Below are positions 44,703-62,631 of a DNA stretch of 64,000 bases, piece by piece. The notes beneath the pieces were generated by a model. That model saw only the letters and a list, made by a program, of their open reading frames with translations. It did not search any database and was not told where the DNA came from. How positions within the stretch are numbered: position 1 is the first letter of the stretch; every line of letters starts with the position of its first letter. A program made the translations under genes and the position numbers. The DNA comes from Gammaproteobacteria bacterium. GTDB lineage: Bacteria; Pseudomonadota; Gammaproteobacteria; Steroidobacterales; Rariloculaceae. Location of the stretch: contig JAJDVG010000005.1 of assembly GCA_022826245.1 (NCBI GenBank), positions 10,837 to 74,836 on the forward strand, given 5' to 3'.

Positions 44703-45203
44703 TTAATCCAACCCGTCGAGCACTTCATCGACCGCCGCCGGCGTCAGGTTTTCGTAGTAGCGGTGATCGACCATCATCATCGGCGCGCCGCAGCACGCGG
44801 CGAGGCACTCTTCCTCCTGTTTGAGATAGAACCTGCCGTCCGGTGTGCTCTCCCCAGTCCTGATGCCGAGCCGGTTCTCGATATGGGCGACGATGTCGTC
44901 GGCGCCGCGCAGCATGCAAGAGATGTTCGTGCACACCGAGATGCTGTGCCGGCCGACGGGCTTCGTCTCGAACATCGAGTAGAACGTCGCGATCTCATAG
45001 ACCTGGATCGGCGGCATCTCGAGGTAGTCGGCCACCGCGTTCATGAGTTCCGGGGTCAGGTAGCCGCCGTTCTCGTGCTGCACGGCGTGCAGGGCCGCGA
45101 GCACGGCCGAGCGCTGCCTGCCTGCGGGGAACTTCCCGACCCAGCGGTCGATCTCCGCGCACACCTGCGCGGACAGTTCCGGAGTGAAGGCTCTCGCGCT
45201 CAT
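44703..45203 (-). CDS. nuoE: NADH-quinone oxidoreductase subunit E
   Basis: ORF 44703..45560 trimmed to Met120 (ATGA overlap with the nuoD stop). Thioredoxin-like 2Fe-2S motifs (VCTNISC ... CLAACCGAP). Confidence 0.92.
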   Translation of the reverse strand: MSARAFTPELSAQVCAEIDRWVGKFPAGRQRSAVLAALHAVQHENGGYLTPELMNAVADYLEMPPIQVYEIATFYSMFETKPVGRHSISVCTNISCMLRGADDIVAHIENRLGIRTGESTPDGRFYLKQEEECLAACCGAPMMMVDHRYYENLTPAAVDEVLDGLD

Positions 45204-46462
45204 CGGTCGATCTCGCCGAACACGATGTCCTGGGTGCCGATGACGGCAACGACATCGGCCAGCATGTGGCCCTGCACCATCTCGTTCATCGACGCCAGGT
45301 GCGGGAAGCCCGGCGCCCTGACCTTGAGGCGATACGGCTTGTTCGAGCCGTCGGAGACGAGATACACGCCGAACTCGCCCTTCGGGTGCTCGACGGCGGC
45401 GTAGGCCTCGCCTTCCGGGACGCAGTAGCCCTCCGTGAACAGCTTGAAGTGATGGATCAGCGACTCCATGTCGTCCTTCATCTCGATGCGTCTGGGCGGC
45501 GTGATCTTGCGGTCCTCGAGCACGACGGACCCGGGGTTGTCCCTGAGCCAGTCCACGCACTGCCTGATGATCTTGGTCGACTGGCGCATCTCCTCGATCC
45601 TGACGAGGTAACGGTCGTAGCAGTCGCCATTGACGCCGACCGGAATGTCGAAATCCATGCGGTCGTACACTTCGTACGGCTGCGTCTTGCGCAGGTCCCA
45701 GGGGATGCCCGAACCGCGCAGCATCGGGCCTGAAAAACCCAGTTGCATCGCCCGCTCGGGCGGGACGACGGCAATGTTGACCGTGCGTTGCTTCCAGATC
45801 CGGTTGTCGGTCAGCAGCGTTTCGTATTCGTCGATACGTGCGGGAAACCCGTCGGCAAACGCTTCCACGAAGTCGAGCAGCGAGCCTTCACGCGCCTCGT
45901 TGAGCCTTGCCATTTCCTTGGCGCTGCGCTTGGCTGACTTCTGGTACTTCGGCATCTGCTCCGGCAGATCGCGGTACACGCCGCCGGGCCGGTAGTAGGT
46001 TGCGTGCATGCGCGTGCCCGACACGGCCTCGTAGCAGTCCATGAGGTCCTCGCGCTCGCGGAAGCAATACAGGAACATCGTCATCGCGCCGATGTCGAGC
46101 CCGTGGGCGCCGAGCCAGATCAGGTGATTCAGGATGCGCGTGATCTCGTCGAAGAGCACGCGGATGTACTGAGCGCGTTCGGGCGGCTCGATGCCGAGCA
46201 GCTTCTCGATCGCGAGCACGTAGCCGTGCTCGTTGCACATCATCGAGACGTAGTCGAGCCGGTCCATGTAGCCGATCGACTGGTTGTACGGCTTGCTTTC
46301 AGCCAGTTTCTCGGTCGCCCGATGCAGGAGACCGACGTGCGGATCCGCCTTCTGGATGACCTCGCCGTCCATTTCGAGCACCAGTCGCAGCACGCCGTGC
46401 GCGGCCGGATGCTGCGGCCCGAAATTCATCGTGAAATTCTGAATCTCAGGCATCGCCCCCAT
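45200..46462 (-). CDS. nuoD: NADH-quinone oxidoreductase subunit D
   Basis: [15 protein letters not shown] motif and C-terminal DIVFGEIDR. The start may be Met4 (46453). It overlaps the nuoC 3' end and is a separate gene, not a nuoCD fusion. Confidence 0.93.
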   Translation of the reverse strand: MGAMPEIQNFTMNFGPQHPAAHGVLRLVLEMDGEVIQKADPHVGLLHRATEKLAESKPYNQSIGYMDRLDYVSMMCNEHGYVLAIEKLLGIEPPERAQYIRVLFDEITRILNHLIWLGAHGLDIGAMTMFLYCFREREDLMDCYEAVSGTRMHATYYRPGGVYRDLPEQMPKYQKSAKRSAKEMARLNEAREGSLLDFVEAFADGFPARIDEYETLLTDNRIWKQRTVNIAVVPPERAMQLGFSGPMLRGSGIPWDLRKTQPYEVYDRMDFDIPVGVNGDCYDRYLVRIEEMRQSTKIIRQCVDWLRDNPGSVVLEDRKITPPRRIEMKDDMESLIHHFKLFTEGYCVPEGEAYAAVEHPKGEFGVYLVSDGSNKPYRLKVRAPGFPHLASMNEMVQGHMLADVVAVIGTQDIVFGEIDR

Positions 46463-47204
46463 CCTTGAGGCCGCTCTCGTAACGCGCGTCGTCGCGAATG
46501 ACCTTGGGTACGAGCGTGCGCGGCTCGATGCTGACGGGTTCGTAGACCACCCGCCCCTTGTCGGGGTCGTAGCGCATCTCGACGTTGCCGATGAGCGGAA
46601 AGTCCTTGCGGAACGGATGCCCGATGAACCCGTAGTCCGTCAGCAGTCGCCTGAGATCGGGATGGCCGCGAAACAGGATGCCGAAGAGATCGAAGGCTTC
46701 GCGCTCGTACCAGTCCGCGGATGCCCAGATTCCCGTGACCGAATCGAGCATGGGCGCCGCGGCGTCCTGGCAGAACACCTTGAGCCGCAATCGGTGGTTG
46801 CGGGTGATCGAGAGCAGGTGATAGACGACCGCGAACCGTGCCGGCGGCTCCCAGGCCGCGCCCGCCATGTCGAGCGGCTGCCCGTCGTCTCCGGCGGCTT
46901 CGAATACGCCGCGGCTGAAGCCCGTTGCCGTGGCGCCTTCGGTGCGCCACTCGTCGTGGCCGTACTGCGAATAGTCGACGCCGCAAAGGTCCATGAGCAT
47001 CTCGAAACCGAGAGATTCATCGTCGCGCAGTTCCCGGCAGCACTCGAGCAGTGAGCCCGGTTCGACCACGTAGGTGAGCTCTCCCGGACTGTCCGTCATT
47101 CGGGACAGGCGTTCGCCGAACCGGGAAGCGACCGTCTCGGCGAGGCGCGAGTAACGTTCGGTGAGTTGTGTTCCTGCCATTCGATCAAACGCTCGCGCGC
47201 TCAA
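46446..47204 (-). CDS. nuoC: NADH-quinone oxidoreductase subunit C
   Basis: The track start is TTG at 47204, and an ATG alternative lies at 47180. [24 protein letters not shown] motif. Confidence 0.9.
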   Translation of the reverse strand: MSARAFDRMAGTQLTERYSRLAETVASRFGERLSRMTDSPGELTYVVEPGSLLECCRELRDDESLGFEMLMDLCGVDYSQYGHDEWRTEGATATGFSRGVFEAAGDDGQPLDMAGAAWEPPARFAVVYHLLSITRNHRLRLKVFCQDAAAPMLDSVTGIWASADWYEREAFDLFGILFRGHPDLRRLLTDYGFIGHPFRKDFPLIGNVEMRYDPDKGRVVYEPVSIEPRTLVPKVIRDDARYESGLKDGGDA

Positions 47205-47243
47205 GCGGAGTGACCCGCAAACCTTGCCAAGCGCCGCCTCTTC

Positions 47244-47765
47244 CTACCGGGCTATCGTGTGCGTGCGCCGTATCTTCTGCTGCAACTGGATGATGCCGAA
47301 CAGCAGAGCCTCGGCCGTCGGCGGGCATCCCGGCACGTAGACGTCGACCGGCACGATCCTGTCGCAGCCGCGCACGACCGAGTAGGAATAGTGGTAATAG
47401 CCGCCGCCGTTGGCGCACGAACCCATCGATATCACCCAGCGCGGCTCCGGCATCTGGTCGTAGACCTTCCTGAGCGCCGGCGCCATCTTGTTGACGAGCG
47501 TGCCGGCGACGATCATGACGTCGGACTGGCGCGGACTCGGCCGGAACATCACGCCGAAGCGGTCGAGGTCGTAGCGCGATGCGCCCGCGTGCATCATCTC
47601 GACCGCGCAACAGGCAAGGCCGAACGTGACCGGCCACAAGGAGCCCGTCCGTGCCCAGTTGATCAGCGCGTCGACCTTCGTGACGACGAAGCCGCGGTGC
47701 ATGACCTCGGCCGTATCGAACGGCGCCTCCTGGGTCAATCCCATTCCAGCGCCCCCTTTCGCCAT
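47244..47765 (-). CDS. nuoB: NADH-quinone oxidoreductase subunit B
   Basis: [18 protein letters not shown] and GCPP motifs. The start is probably Met8 (47744), overlapping the nuoA end. Confidence 0.93.
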   Translation of the reverse strand: MAKGGAGMGLTQEAPFDTAEVMHRGFVVTKVDALINWARTGSLWPVTFGLACCAVEMMHAGASRYDLDRFGVMFRPSPRQSDVMIVAGTLVNKMAPALRKVYDQMPEPRWVISMGSCANGGGYYHYSYSVVRGCDRIVPVDVYVPGCPPTAEALLFGIIQLQQKIRRTHTIAR

Positions 47766-48091
47766 TCGTAAACGAAGCCGACGACCAGCACGGCCAGGAA
47801 AATCCCCATCGCGACGAGGCCAAACAGACCGATGCGGTCAAGCGACACGGCCCAGGGAAACAGGAACGCGATCTCGAGATCGAAGATGATGAACAGGATC
47901 GCGACGAGGTAGTAGCGCACGTCAAAGCGCATGCGCGAGTCTTCGAAGGCTTCGAATCCGCACTCGTAAGGGGACAGTTTCTGCGGGTCCCGCGAGCCTC
48001 GGCCAAGCGCGAGGCCGAGCGCCAGCAACACCACACCGAAGCCTGCAGCGACGAGCAGGAAAATGAGCACCGGTGCGTAAGTCGCGAGCAT
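47735..48091 (-). CDS. nuoA: NADH-quinone oxidoreductase subunit A
   Basis: 118 aa, 3 TM helices, YECGFEAF motif, first gene of the operon. Confidence 0.93.
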   Translation of the reverse strand: MLATYAPVLIFLLVAAGFGVVLLALGLALGRGSRDPQKLSPYECGFEAFEDSRMRFDVRYYLVAILFIIFDLEIAFLFPWAVSLDRIGLFGLVAMGIFLAVLVVGFVYEWRKGALEWD

Positions 48092-48167
48092 CTTTCACCA
48101 GCCAATCGGTCGGCGCGAATTGTACCAGTCTGCCCGCCGAAATGGGGCGGATTTACGGCGATCGAAT

Positions 48168-48252
48168 TGGTGCGGATGGCCGGACTCGAACCGGCACGGC
48201 TTGCGCCACTGCCCCCTCAAGACAGCGTGTCTACCAGTTCCACCACATCCGC
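48168..48252 (-). tRNA. leuU: tRNA-Leu (GAG), class II with long variable arm
   Basis: 85-nt hand fold. Acceptor GCGGATG/CATCCGC, anticodon loop UUGAGGG, encoded CCA. It lies 2 nt after the secG stop, the conserved secG-leuU arrangement. Confidence 0.88.
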
Positions 48253-48254
48253 AT

Positions 48255-48665
48255 TCAGTTGTCAGCAGGCTCCGGGGCGAGTTCGGGCAGGGCGGGCAGT
48301 TCGCCGCCATCAGCGGGGAGCGCCACATCGTCGACGGTGGGCGCCGCATCTTCGGTTGCCGGATCGACCGCGGGAAGCGTTGTCGCAGAACCGTCGAATA
48401 CCGAACCCTCCAGCAGGCTCTCGGGCTCCGTGCTCTGCGTGGACAGGTACGCGAGCGTCAGGCTGGTCGCGAAAAACAGGGCGGCGAGTACGGCGGTCGT
48501 GCGCGAGAAGAAGTTCGCGGAGCCGCGCGAACCGAAAACCGTCCCCGATGCGCCCGCGCCGAAGCCCGTGCCCGCATCGGCGCCCTTGCCGCGCTGCAGC
48601 AGCACGAGCACGATGATCAGCAGGGCAACCGCCAGGTGAGCCATCAATGCGACCGTGAGCGTCAT
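48255..48665 (-). CDS. secG: preprotein translocase subunit SecG
   Basis: ORF trimmed to Met12. LLQRGKGADAGTGFGAGASGTVFGSRGSANFFSR is the SecG signature region. Confidence 0.9.
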   Translation of the reverse strand: MTLTVALMAHLAVALLIIVLVLLQRGKGADAGTGFGAGASGTVFGSRGSANFFSRTTAVLAALFFATSLTLAYLSTQSTEPESLLEGSVFDGSATTLPAVDPATEDAAPTVDDVALPADGGELPALPELAPEPADN

Positions 48666-48698
48666 TACGTTGCGTTCCGCCTGATTCCCGCCGGGCAA

Positions 48699-49469
48699 TC
48701 AGCCCGATGCGGCCTGAAAAATGGTCAGGAATTGCGACGCGTCGAGCGATGCGCCGCCTACGAGGCCTCCGTCGATGTCTTCGCGAGCCAGCAGTTCCGC
48801 GGCATTGCCGCCATTGACGCTGCCCCCGTAGAGGATCCTCAATCCGGCGGCGATTGTAGCATCTTGCGCAGCGATCAGCCCTCGAATCAGCGCGTGTACC
48901 TCCTGCGCCTGATCGGGGCTTGCCGTCCTCCCCGTGCCGATGGCCCAGACCGGTTCGTAGGCGACGACAGCCGAAGCCAGCACGCCGGCTCCAAGCGTCC
49001 CGAGCACGGCATTGACCTGCCGCGTGACGACCGCCTCGGTAAGCCCCTCCTCGCGCTCTTCAAGCGTCTCGCCGACGCAGAGGATCGGCCCGAGCCCGGC
49101 CGTCCGGGCCGCGCGGAACTTCGCGACGACCTGCTCGTCGGTTTCGCCGTAGAGCGTCCGGCGCTCCGAATGACCGACGATGACGTAAGCGCAGCCGACG
49201 TCCGCGAGCATCGCGCCCGAGACCTCGCCCGTGAACGCGCCCGGATCGACCTCGCTCGCGAGATTCTGGGCGCCGAGCGCGATCGGCGTCGCTTCGAGCC
49301 ACCGCGCGGCTGCAGCGAGATAGACGTAAGGCGGACACAGCAGCATCTCGGCCCGGCCGCCCTGCCCGACTCCGGCTGCAAGTTCGGCAACGAGGTCGCG
49401 GCTCTCTCGCAGAGCGCCGTTCATTTTCCAGTTGCCCGCAACGAGCGGGGTGCGCGTGCCCGTGCCCAT
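48699..49469 (-). CDS. tpiA: triose-phosphate isomerase
   Basis: ORF 48699..49823 trimmed to Met119. Motifs AGNWKMNG, IVGHSERR and YEPVWAIGTG. Confidence 0.93.
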   Translation of the reverse strand: MGTGTRTPLVAGNWKMNGALRESRDLVAELAAGVGQGGRAEMLLCPPYVYLAAAARWLEATPIALGAQNLASEVDPGAFTGEVSGAMLADVGCAYVIVGHSERRTLYGETDEQVVAKFRAARTAGLGPILCVGETLEEREEGLTEAVVTRQVNAVLGTLGAGVLASAVVAYEPVWAIGTGRTASPDQAQEVHALIRGLIAAQDATIAAGLRILYGGSVNGGNAAELLAREDIDGGLVGGASLDASQFLTIFQAASG

Positions 49470-49474
49470 GCCGC

Positions 49475-50809
49475 TCAGCCGCACGCGGCGCGGACGGAAT
49501 CCGCGAGGCGGGATGCCAGTGTCCGCACCACGGCCTGGTCCTCGCCTTCCACCATGACGCGGATCACGGGCTCGGTACCCGAAGCCCGCAGCACGACGCG
49601 GCCCGTCTGCCCGAGCTCCGACTCCACGGCCTCGACGGCGTCGGAAATCGCGGCCTTCCCATCGATCTCGACGGGTTCGCCCACCTCGACGTTCACGAGC
49701 GTCTGGGGCAACTGCGGCATGCCCGCCACGAGCTCGCTCAGCGGGCGCCCCGTCCGGCGCATGATCGAAAGCACCTGCAGCGCCGTGATCAGGCCGTCGC
49801 CGGTGTTGATCCTGTCCAGGCACAGCACATGCCCCGAAGGCTCGCCGCCGAGTATGCCGCCGCGCTCCTTGAGCGTTGCCCGCACGTTGCGATCGCCGAT
49901 CCGGGTACGCAGGAACTCGATGCCGCGTTCGCCGAGCGCGCGTTCGAGACCCAGATTGCTCATGAGCGTGCCGACGACGGGCCCCGCGAGGCTGTTCGTT
50001 TCATGCCGGTCGCAGGCCAGGACATAGAGCAGCTTGTCGCCGTCGACGAGATTGCCGAGTTCGTCGACCATGACGAGCCGGTCGCCGTCGCCATCGAGCG
50101 CCACGCCCACGTCGGCGCGCACGCCAACGACGTTGAGCTTGAGCAGGTCGGGGCGCGTCGAACCGCAACCGTCGTTGATGTTGAGACCGTTCGGCGAACA
50201 ACCGACGGGGATCACCTCGGCGCCGAGATCCGCGATGACCTGGGGAGCGACCTTGTAGCCTGCGCCGTGCGAGGCATCGACCACGATCTTGACCCCGCTG
50301 AAGTCCATGCCGTCGGGAATCGTCCGTTTGCAGAACTTCGTGTATTCCTCGCGCGCGAACGAAGCGATCGTGGCGCGTCCGAGCGACTTGGAGTCACTGG
50401 TCCTGGGCGGCGCTTCGAGTTCTCGCTCGATCGCTTCCTCGACCTGTTCGGATAGCTTCTCTCCCTCGACGTCGAAGAACTTGATGCCGTTGTCGTAGTA
50501 GGGATTGTGCGAAGCGCTGATCACGATGCCGAAGTCGGTGTCGGTGACGCTCGTGACGTAGGCGATTGCCGGCGTCGGCAGCGGCCCGGTCAGGAGCACG
50601 TCGACTCCGGCGGCGACGAACCCGGCCTCGAGCGCCGATTCGAACATGTAGCCGGACACGCGCGTATCCTTGCCGATCATCACCTGGCCGCCTGCGGGCG
50701 TGAGCACGCGCGCGGCGGCGCCCGCAAGGCGCAGCGCGAAATCGACGGTCATCGGGCTCTTGCCGACGCGGCCGCGGATTCCGTCCGTGCCGAAATAGCG
50801 CCTCGCCAT
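49475..50809 (-). CDS. glmM: phosphoglucosamine mutase
   Basis: ORF trimmed to Met29 (GAGGGA upstream). YFGTDGIRG, phosphoserine loop SASHNP, DGDGDR metal loop. Confidence 0.94.
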   Translation of the reverse strand: MARRYFGTDGIRGRVGKSPMTVDFALRLAGAAARVLTPAGGQVMIGKDTRVSGYMFESALEAGFVAAGVDVLLTGPLPTPAIAYVTSVTDTDFGIVISASHNPYYDNGIKFFDVEGEKLSEQVEEAIERELEAPPRTSDSKSLGRATIASFAREEYTKFCKRTIPDGMDFSGVKIVVDASHGAGYKVAPQVIADLGAEVIPVGCSPNGLNINDGCGSTRPDLLKLNVVGVRADVGVALDGDGDRLVMVDELGNLVDGDKLLYVLACDRHETNSLAGPVVGTLMSNLGLERALGERGIEFLRTRIGDRNVRATLKERGGILGGEPSGHVLCLDRINTGDGLITALQVLSIMRRTGRPLSELVAGMPQLPQTLVNVEVGEPVEIDGKAAISDAVEAVESELGQTGRVVLRASGTEPVIRVMVEGEDQAVVRTLASRLADSVRAACG

Positions 50810-50837
50810 GAACGCTTCCCTCGTGCCCGGAATCGGG

Positions 50838-52751
50838 CTAGTGCTGGCTTGCCGGTCCGCCCAACGGCGTCGTGCGCTTGTCGTCGGCCTCAAGGGGCTT
50901 GCCGGGCTCGGACGGCTCGTCCCAGTCTTCCGGCGGCCTGGGCTCGCGCCCGGCCATGATGTCCTTGATCTGATCCTCGCTGATCGTCTCGTACTTCATC
51001 AGGGCATCGGCCATCACGTGCAGCTTGGGCTCGTTGTCCTTGAGAATCTCCCGGGCATCCCTGTAGCAGACATCGACGAGCTCGCGTACTTCCTTGTCGA
51101 TCGCATGCGCCGTACCGTCGGACACCTGCTTGTGCCGCGTGACGCTGCGGCCGAGAAAGATCTCGCCGTCGTCCTCGCTGTAGGTCAACGGCCCGAGACG
51201 ATCCGACAGGCCCCACTTCGTCACCATGTTGCGGGCGATGTCGGTGGCCCGCTCGATGTCGTTGGACGCGCCCGTGGTCACGTAGGCCGGGCCGAAGATG
51301 AGTTCCTCGGCGATGCGCCCTCCGAACAGGCTCTTCATCTGGCTCATGAGCCGCTGCTTGGAGTAGCTGTAGCGGTCTTCCTCGGGCAGGAACATCGTCA
51401 CGCCGAGCGCCCGCCCGCGCGGAATGATCGTGACCTTGTAGACCGGGTCGTGGTCGGGTACGAGCAGACCGACGATCGCGTGGCCGGACTCGTGATAGGC
51501 GGTGAGCTTGCGCTCGTCCTCGCTCATGACCATGGAGCGGCGCTCCGTGCCCATCATGATCTTGTCCTTGGCCTTGTCGAACTCCTCCATCGTGACCGTG
51601 CGCTTGTTCGCGCGCGCGGCGAGCAGCGCGGCCTCGTTGACGAGATTGGCGAGATCGGCGCCCGAGAAGCCCGGCGTGCCCCGGGCGATGATCGAAGGCC
51701 TCACGTTGTTGTCGATCGGCACCTTGCGCATGTGCACCTTGAGGATCTGCTCGCGGCCGCGCACGTCGGGTACGGGCACGACGACCTGGCGGTCGAAGCG
51801 TCCGGGGCGCAGCAGTGCGGGATCGAGCACGTCGGGACGGTTCGTCGCGGCAATGACGATGACGCCTTCATTGCCCTCGAAACCGTCCATCTCGACGAGC
51901 AACTGGTTGAGCGTCTGCTCGCGCTCGTCGTGTCCGCCGCCGAGCCCGGCGCCGCGATGACGGCCGACTGCGTCGATCTCGTCGATGAAAATGATGCACG
52001 GCGCGTGCTTCTTGGCCTGGTCGAACATGTCCCTGACCCGGGAAGCGCCGACGCCGACGAACATCTCGACGAAATCCGAACCCGAGATCGTGAAGAACGG
52101 CACCTTGGCCTCGCCCGCGATCGCCCGCGCGAGCAGCGTCTTGCCGGTGCCCGGCGAGCCGACCATGAGCACGCCCTTGGGAATCTTGCCGCCGAGCCGC
52201 TGGAACTTGCCGGGATCCTTGAGGAAATCGACGATTTCGACGACCTCTTCCTTGGCTTCCTCGACGCCGGCGACATCGGCGAACGTTACGGTGACCTGAT
52301 CCTCGCCCAGCAGCCGCGCCCGGCTCTTGCCGAACGACATGGTGCCGCGCCCGCCGCCCGCGCCCTGGATCTGGCGCATGAAGTAGATCCAGATCGCGAT
52401 GAACAGCAGGATCGGGAACGACGAAATGAAGAGATCGAGCAGGAAGGAGCGCTCCCTGGGCGGCGTCGCCTCGATCAGGACGTTGTTCTCCTCGAGCGTG
52501 CCGATGAGCGCGGTGTTGTCGGTCTCCGGGTTGTAGGTCACGAACTGCTCGCCGTTGCGGCGGCCGGTGATCGAACCCGTCTCGTTGTCGAACGCCACTT
52601 CCTCGACCGAGCCGTCCTCGACGTAGCTCAGGAATGTCGAGTAGGGAATCGGCTGGACGCGGTTGTCGTTGGTCCCGAAGCTCTGGAATACCGAGAGCAG
52701 CACGACCGCGATGACGATCCACAGGATGACGTTCTTGGCCAAATCGTTCAA
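50838..52751 (-). CDS. ftsH: ATP-dependent zinc metalloprotease FtsH
   Basis: Likely TTG start at 52751 (GAGG 7 nt upstream), giving [11 protein letters not shown], the usual FtsH N-terminus. The track ORF extends to 52787. Walker [12 protein letters not shown] region, and HESGHA zinc motif. Confidence 0.93.
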   Translation of the reverse strand: MNDLAKNVILWIVIAVVLLSVFQSFGTNDNRVQPIPYSTFLSYVEDGSVEEVAFDNETGSITGRRNGEQFVTYNPETDNTALIGTLEENNVLIEATPPRERSFLLDLFISSFPILLFIAIWIYFMRQIQGAGGGRGTMSFGKSRARLLGEDQVTVTFADVAGVEEAKEEVVEIVDFLKDPGKFQRLGGKIPKGVLMVGSPGTGKTLLARAIAGEAKVPFFTISGSDFVEMFVGVGASRVRDMFDQAKKHAPCIIFIDEIDAVGRHRGAGLGGGHDEREQTLNQLLVEMDGFEGNEGVIVIAATNRPDVLDPALLRPGRFDRQVVVPVPDVRGREQILKVHMRKVPIDNNVRPSIIARGTPGFSGADLANLVNEAALLAARANKRTVTMEEFDKAKDKIMMGTERRSMVMSEDERKLTAYHESGHAIVGLLVPDHDPVYKVTIIPRGRALGVTMFLPEEDRYSYSKQRLMSQMKSLFGGRIAEELIFGPAYVTTGASNDIERATDIARNMVTKWGLSDRLGPLTYSEDDGEIFLGRSVTRHKQVSDGTAHAIDKEVRELVDVCYRDAREILKDNEPKLHVMADALMKYETISEDQIKDIMAGREPRPPEDWDEPSEPGKPLEADDKRTTPLGGPASQH

Positions 52752-52799
52752 TGCAATACCTCGCGGATGGGGCGCGACGCGACCCACTTTGGGACCCTA

Positions 52800-53423
52800 C
52801 TACATCCGATAGTCGCGTGCCAGCAAATAAATCTCGCGACTTTGCGCACGAGAGGCCCTGGGCTTGACCCGCCGCACCTTCCCGAAAGCGCGCTCGGCCG
52901 TTCGCGTGAATCCGTCGATGCCCGAACCCTGGAACAGCTTGACGACAAAGCCGCCCCCGGGGGCCAGCACCTGCCCGGCGAACCCGAGCGCCTTCTCGGC
53001 CAGCGCCATGCTGCGCGGCTGATCGATCGCCCTGTTACCACTCATATTGGGTGACATGTCGGACATTACAAGGTTCACCCGACGCTCACCGAGCAACGCG
53101 CCGATCGCCTCGACGGTCTCGGGTTTCGTGAAGTCGCCCTGGATGAACCGGACACGGGGAAGCGGATCCATCGGCAACAGGTCGACGGCGATCACTTCAC
53201 CGGAATCCCCGACGATGCCGGCCGCATACTGGCTCCAGCTCCCCGGGCTCGCCCCGAGGTCGACGCAGATCATGCCCCTGCCGAGTATCCGTTCCTTCGC
53301 CTGGATCTGCTCGAGCTTGAAGACGGCGCGCGAGCGAAATCCCCGCCGAACGGCCTCGTCTACATAAGGATCCTTGTCCTGGCGCATGCGCCAGCGGCTG
53401 CCGGACCCGCCGCGCCGACTCAT
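52800..53423 (-). CDS. rlmE: 23S rRNA (uridine2552-2'-O)-methyltransferase RlmE/FtsJ
   Basis: ATG at 53423 (the track ORF starts at a GTG at 53432). SRAVFKLEQI, SAM motif DLGASPGSWSQ, VMSDMSPNMSG. Confidence 0.9.
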   Translation of the reverse strand: MSRRGGSGSRWRMRQDKDPYVDEAVRRGFRSRAVFKLEQIQAKERILGRGMICVDLGASPGSWSQYAAGIVGDSGEVIAVDLLPMDPLPRVRFIQGDFTKPETVEAIGALLGERRVNLVMSDMSPNMSGNRAIDQPRSMALAEKALGFAGQVLAPGGGFVVKLFQGSGIDGFTRTAERAFGKVRRVKPRASRAQSREIYLLARDYRM

Positions 53424-53512
53424 GGAAAGCACCCTGAAGTCATTGAGGACATTGTCGAACGCCGGAAAATCGATCGTTCGGCGCGATCAGCCGCACTGCT
53501 GATACGACTCAT

Positions 53513-53985
53513 TCAGATGTATTCCACCTCGGCGATCTCGTAGCTGCGCTGCCCGCCGGGCGTACTCACCTCGACCGTGTCGCCCTCCTGCCGGGCAACG
53601 AGGGCCCTGGCGAGCGGAGAGCCGATGGACAGGAGGCCGTTCGTGATATCGGCCTCGTCTTCCCCGACGATCCGGTAGCACACTTGCGAATCGTCATCGA
53701 TGGCGACCAGGTGCACGGTCGCGCCGAACACGACCCGGCCGTTCGGCGTCAGCCGCGTCACGTCGACGATCTGCGCGTTGGAAAGCTTGGCCTCGATGTC
53801 GCGCACACGCGCCTCGATCAGGCCCTGCTGCTCCTTGGCGGCGTGGTATTCGGCGTTCTCGCGCAGATCGCCGTGCGCCCGGGCCGCGGCGATCGCCGCC
53901 ACGATGCGCGGACGCTCCTGCGTCTTGAGCCGCTTGAGCTCCGCCCTGAGCTGCTCCGCACCGCGCACGGTCAGGGGTACCCGAC

Positions 53986-53989
<4 letters not shown>
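53513..53989 (-). CDS. greA: transcription elongation factor GreA
   Basis: C-terminal 158 codons of ORF 53513..55828. The ATG overlaps the carB stop (ATGA). [17 protein letters not shown] motif. Confidence 0.93.
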
Positions 53990-57210
<3,221 letters not shown>

Positions 57211-57260
57211 TTTCTCACTCGAACTTCGGATGGATTGCCGCGGCCATTGAGCGTCCCGAG

Positions 57261-58415
<1,155 letters not shown>

Positions 58416-58529
58416 TCTGAGCCCCTGGAACTGGTGCCTTGCCTTATCCGGGCGGGACGTCTGCAAGGCGCGCGACCTGTCCTGCCGAGCAACTTTCAAT
58501 GGGTGAAGCTCAGGACGCGATTGTAGCCG

Positions 58530-59345
58530 CTACGGCCGGTCGCTTGCGAGCCCCAGAACGTCGGCCATCGAGTAAAGGCCCGGCGGCTGCTCCGCCGCCC
58601 AGCGCGCCGCGATCAGCGCGCCGCGTGCGAACGTCTTTCTGTCCTGCGCCCTGTGAGTGAATTCGAGCCGTTCTTCGGGGCCTGCGAACATCACGCTGTG
58701 CTCGCCGACGATGTTGCCTCCGCGAACGACCGAGAAGCCGATCTCACCGGCCGTGCGCGGGCCCGTCCGGCCGTCGCGCGACCTGACGGCCACCTCGTCG
58801 AGGCGGCGCCCGGCCGCCCCGGCAATCAGGTCGCCGAGGGCGAGCGCCGTACCGGACGGCGCATCGACCTTGAATCGGTGGTGCGCTTCGACGATCTCGA
58901 CGTCGTAAGCGTCGCCGAGCACGGCGGCAGCGCGCGCGACCAGGTCCATGAACACGTTGACACCGACGCTCATGTTGCGCGCATAGACGAGCGGGATGCC
59001 TCGCGCGGCGCTCTCGAGCGAGCGCAGTTGACCGTCGTCGAGCCCCGTCGTGCCGACGACGAGCGGCGTGCCGGCAGCTTCGCAGGCAGCGAGGTTGGTC
59101 TCGAGCGCGGCCGGCAGGGTGAAGTCGATGGCGACATCGGCGCCGCTCAGCGCCTCGTTCGCGTCGTCGCTCAATGCGACGCCGAGCGAACCGAGCCGCG
59201 CGGCTTCGCCTGCATCCGTGCCGAGTAACGGGTCGCCGGGCTCCGTCAGGGCGCCAACGACGCGCATGTCGCCGGTCCCGGTCAGGCAGGCGAGAATCGC
59301 ATTGCCCATGCGTCCCGCTGCGCCCAGCACTGCCACCTTCAACAT
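58530..59345 (-). CDS. dapB: 4-hydroxy-tetrahydrodipicolinate reductase
   Basis: N-terminal VLGAAGRMG Rossmann motif and EAHHRFKVDAPSGTA motif. It starts 3 nt after the dnaJ stop. Confidence 0.93.
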   Translation of the reverse strand: MLKVAVLGAAGRMGNAILACLTGTGDMRVVGALTEPGDPLLGTDAGEAARLGSLGVALSDDANEALSGADVAIDFTLPAALETNLAACEAAGTPLVVGTTGLDDGQLRSLESAARGIPLVYARNMSVGVNVFMDLVARAAAVLGDAYDVEIVEAHHRFKVDAPSGTALALGDLIAGAAGRRLDEVAVRSRDGRTGPRTAGEIGFSVVRGGNIVGEHSVMFAGPEERLEFTHRAQDRKTFARGALIAARWAAEQPPGLYSMADVLGLASDRP

Positions 59346-59348
59346 GAC

Positions 59349-60482
59349 TCAGGCTCCCATGCGGTCGAAGAACCGCTTCACGCCGTCAAGCCAGGACGTC
59401 GCGCGCGGATTGTGACTGGCGCCGCCCTGCTGCACCGCGGCATCGAATGCCTCGAGCTTCGCCTTCTGGTCGGCGGAAAGCTTGACCGGCGTTTCGACCT
59501 GGACGCGGCAATACAGGTCGCCGACGCCCGAAGCGCGCACCGAGCGAACCCCTTTCCCGCGCAGGCGCAGGATCTTGCCCGACTGAGTCTCGGGCGGCAC
59601 TTTCAGCACGATCTGTCCATCCAGCGTCGGCACTTCGATCGAACCTCCAAGCACGGCCGTGGCGAAGCTGATCGGCACTTCGCACTTCAGGTCGCGGCCT
59701 TCGCGGCCGAAGATCGGATGATCGCGCACGTTGACGTCGACATACAGGTCGCCGGGCGGCCCGCCGTTGCGTCCGGCCTCGCCCTTGCCGGGCAGGCGGA
59801 TCCGGTCGCCGTTGTCGACGCCGGCCGGTATCTTGACGGACAGCGTGCGCTGCTGACGGACCCGGCCCCGTCCGCGGCAGTCCCGGCACGGCTTGTCGAT
59901 GGTCTTGCCGGCGCCGCGACAGGACGGACAGGTCTGCTGGACGGTGAAGAAGCCCTGCTGGACGCGAACCTGCCCGGCGCCGCCGCAGGACCTGCAATCG
60001 ACCGGTTGCGTGCCGGGCTCGGCGCCCGAACTGCCGCAGCGCTCGCATGCGACGTTGGTCGGTATGTCGATCTTGACGGAGTCGCCCCTGACCGCCTGTT
60101 CGAGCGAAAGGTCGAGTTCATAACCCAGATCCGCGCCGCGGTAGACGTCGGTGCGCGCGCCGCGCCGCCCGCCGCCGAAAATGTCGCCGAACACGTCGCC
60201 GAAGATGTCGCTGAACGCCTCGGCGCCGCTGAATCCGCCGTCCGCGCTGTTGCCGGCCTGCACGCCCGCGTGACCGAACTGGTCGTATGCCGCGCGCTTG
60301 CGGCTGTCGCTGAGAATGTCGTGCGCTTCCTTGGCTTCCTTGAAACGGGCCTCGGCTTCGGGATCGTCGGGGTTGCGGTCGGGGTGGTACTTCATCGCCA
60401 GCCGGCGATAGGCGCTCTTGAGCGCGCTCCCGTCGGCGTCGCGGCCGACGCCCAGCACCTCATAGTAGTCGCGTTTCGCCAT
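59349..60482 (-). CDS. dnaJ: molecular chaperone DnaJ
   Basis: Trimmed to [13 protein letters not shown]-domain HPD (KYHPDRNP), Gly-rich region, and four CxxCxGxG zinc-finger repeats. Confidence 0.95.
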   Translation of the reverse strand: MAKRDYYEVLGVGRDADGSALKSAYRRLAMKYHPDRNPDDPEAEARFKEAKEAHDILSDSRKRAAYDQFGHAGVQAGNSADGGFSGAEAFSDIFGDVFGDIFGGGRRGARTDVYRGADLGYELDLSLEQAVRGDSVKIDIPTNVACERCGSSGAEPGTQPVDCRSCGGAGQVRVQQGFFTVQQTCPSCRGAGKTIDKPCRDCRGRGRVRQQRTLSVKIPAGVDNGDRIRLPGKGEAGRNGGPPGDLYVDVNVRDHPIFGREGRDLKCEVPISFATAVLGGSIEVPTLDGQIVLKVPPETQSGKILRLRGKGVRSVRASGVGDLYCRVQVETPVKLSADQKAKLEAFDAAVQQGGASHNPRATSWLDGVKRFFDRMGA

Positions 60483-60589
60483 ACGAGAGCTTCCCGTCAC
60501 CCACAGTCGAAGGCGCGCACGTGCTCACGCACGCGCACGCGACGCAGTTCGCGTCATCCCGAACCGGCCAGGGAGCCCGGGCGACCGGA

Positions 60590-62524
<1,935 letters not shown>

Positions 62525-62567
62525 ACCTGCAAATCTCCACGTTCAAAGGTTGTTCAGGCCCACTGCC

Positions 62568-62598
62568 TAGATGGGGTGCCGCGCGGCGCAATTCAAGG
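62568..62598 (-). promoter_or_regulatory. sigma32 (RpoH) heat-shock promoter of dnaK
   Basis: The minus strand reads CCTTGAA-N15-CCCCATCTA, matching the consensus CTTGAA-N13-17-CCCCATNT, 44 nt upstream of the dnaK ATG. Confidence 0.7.
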
Positions 62599-62631
62599 CA
62601 TCGCGCCGCACGATTCGGAGTCACGCGGCGG

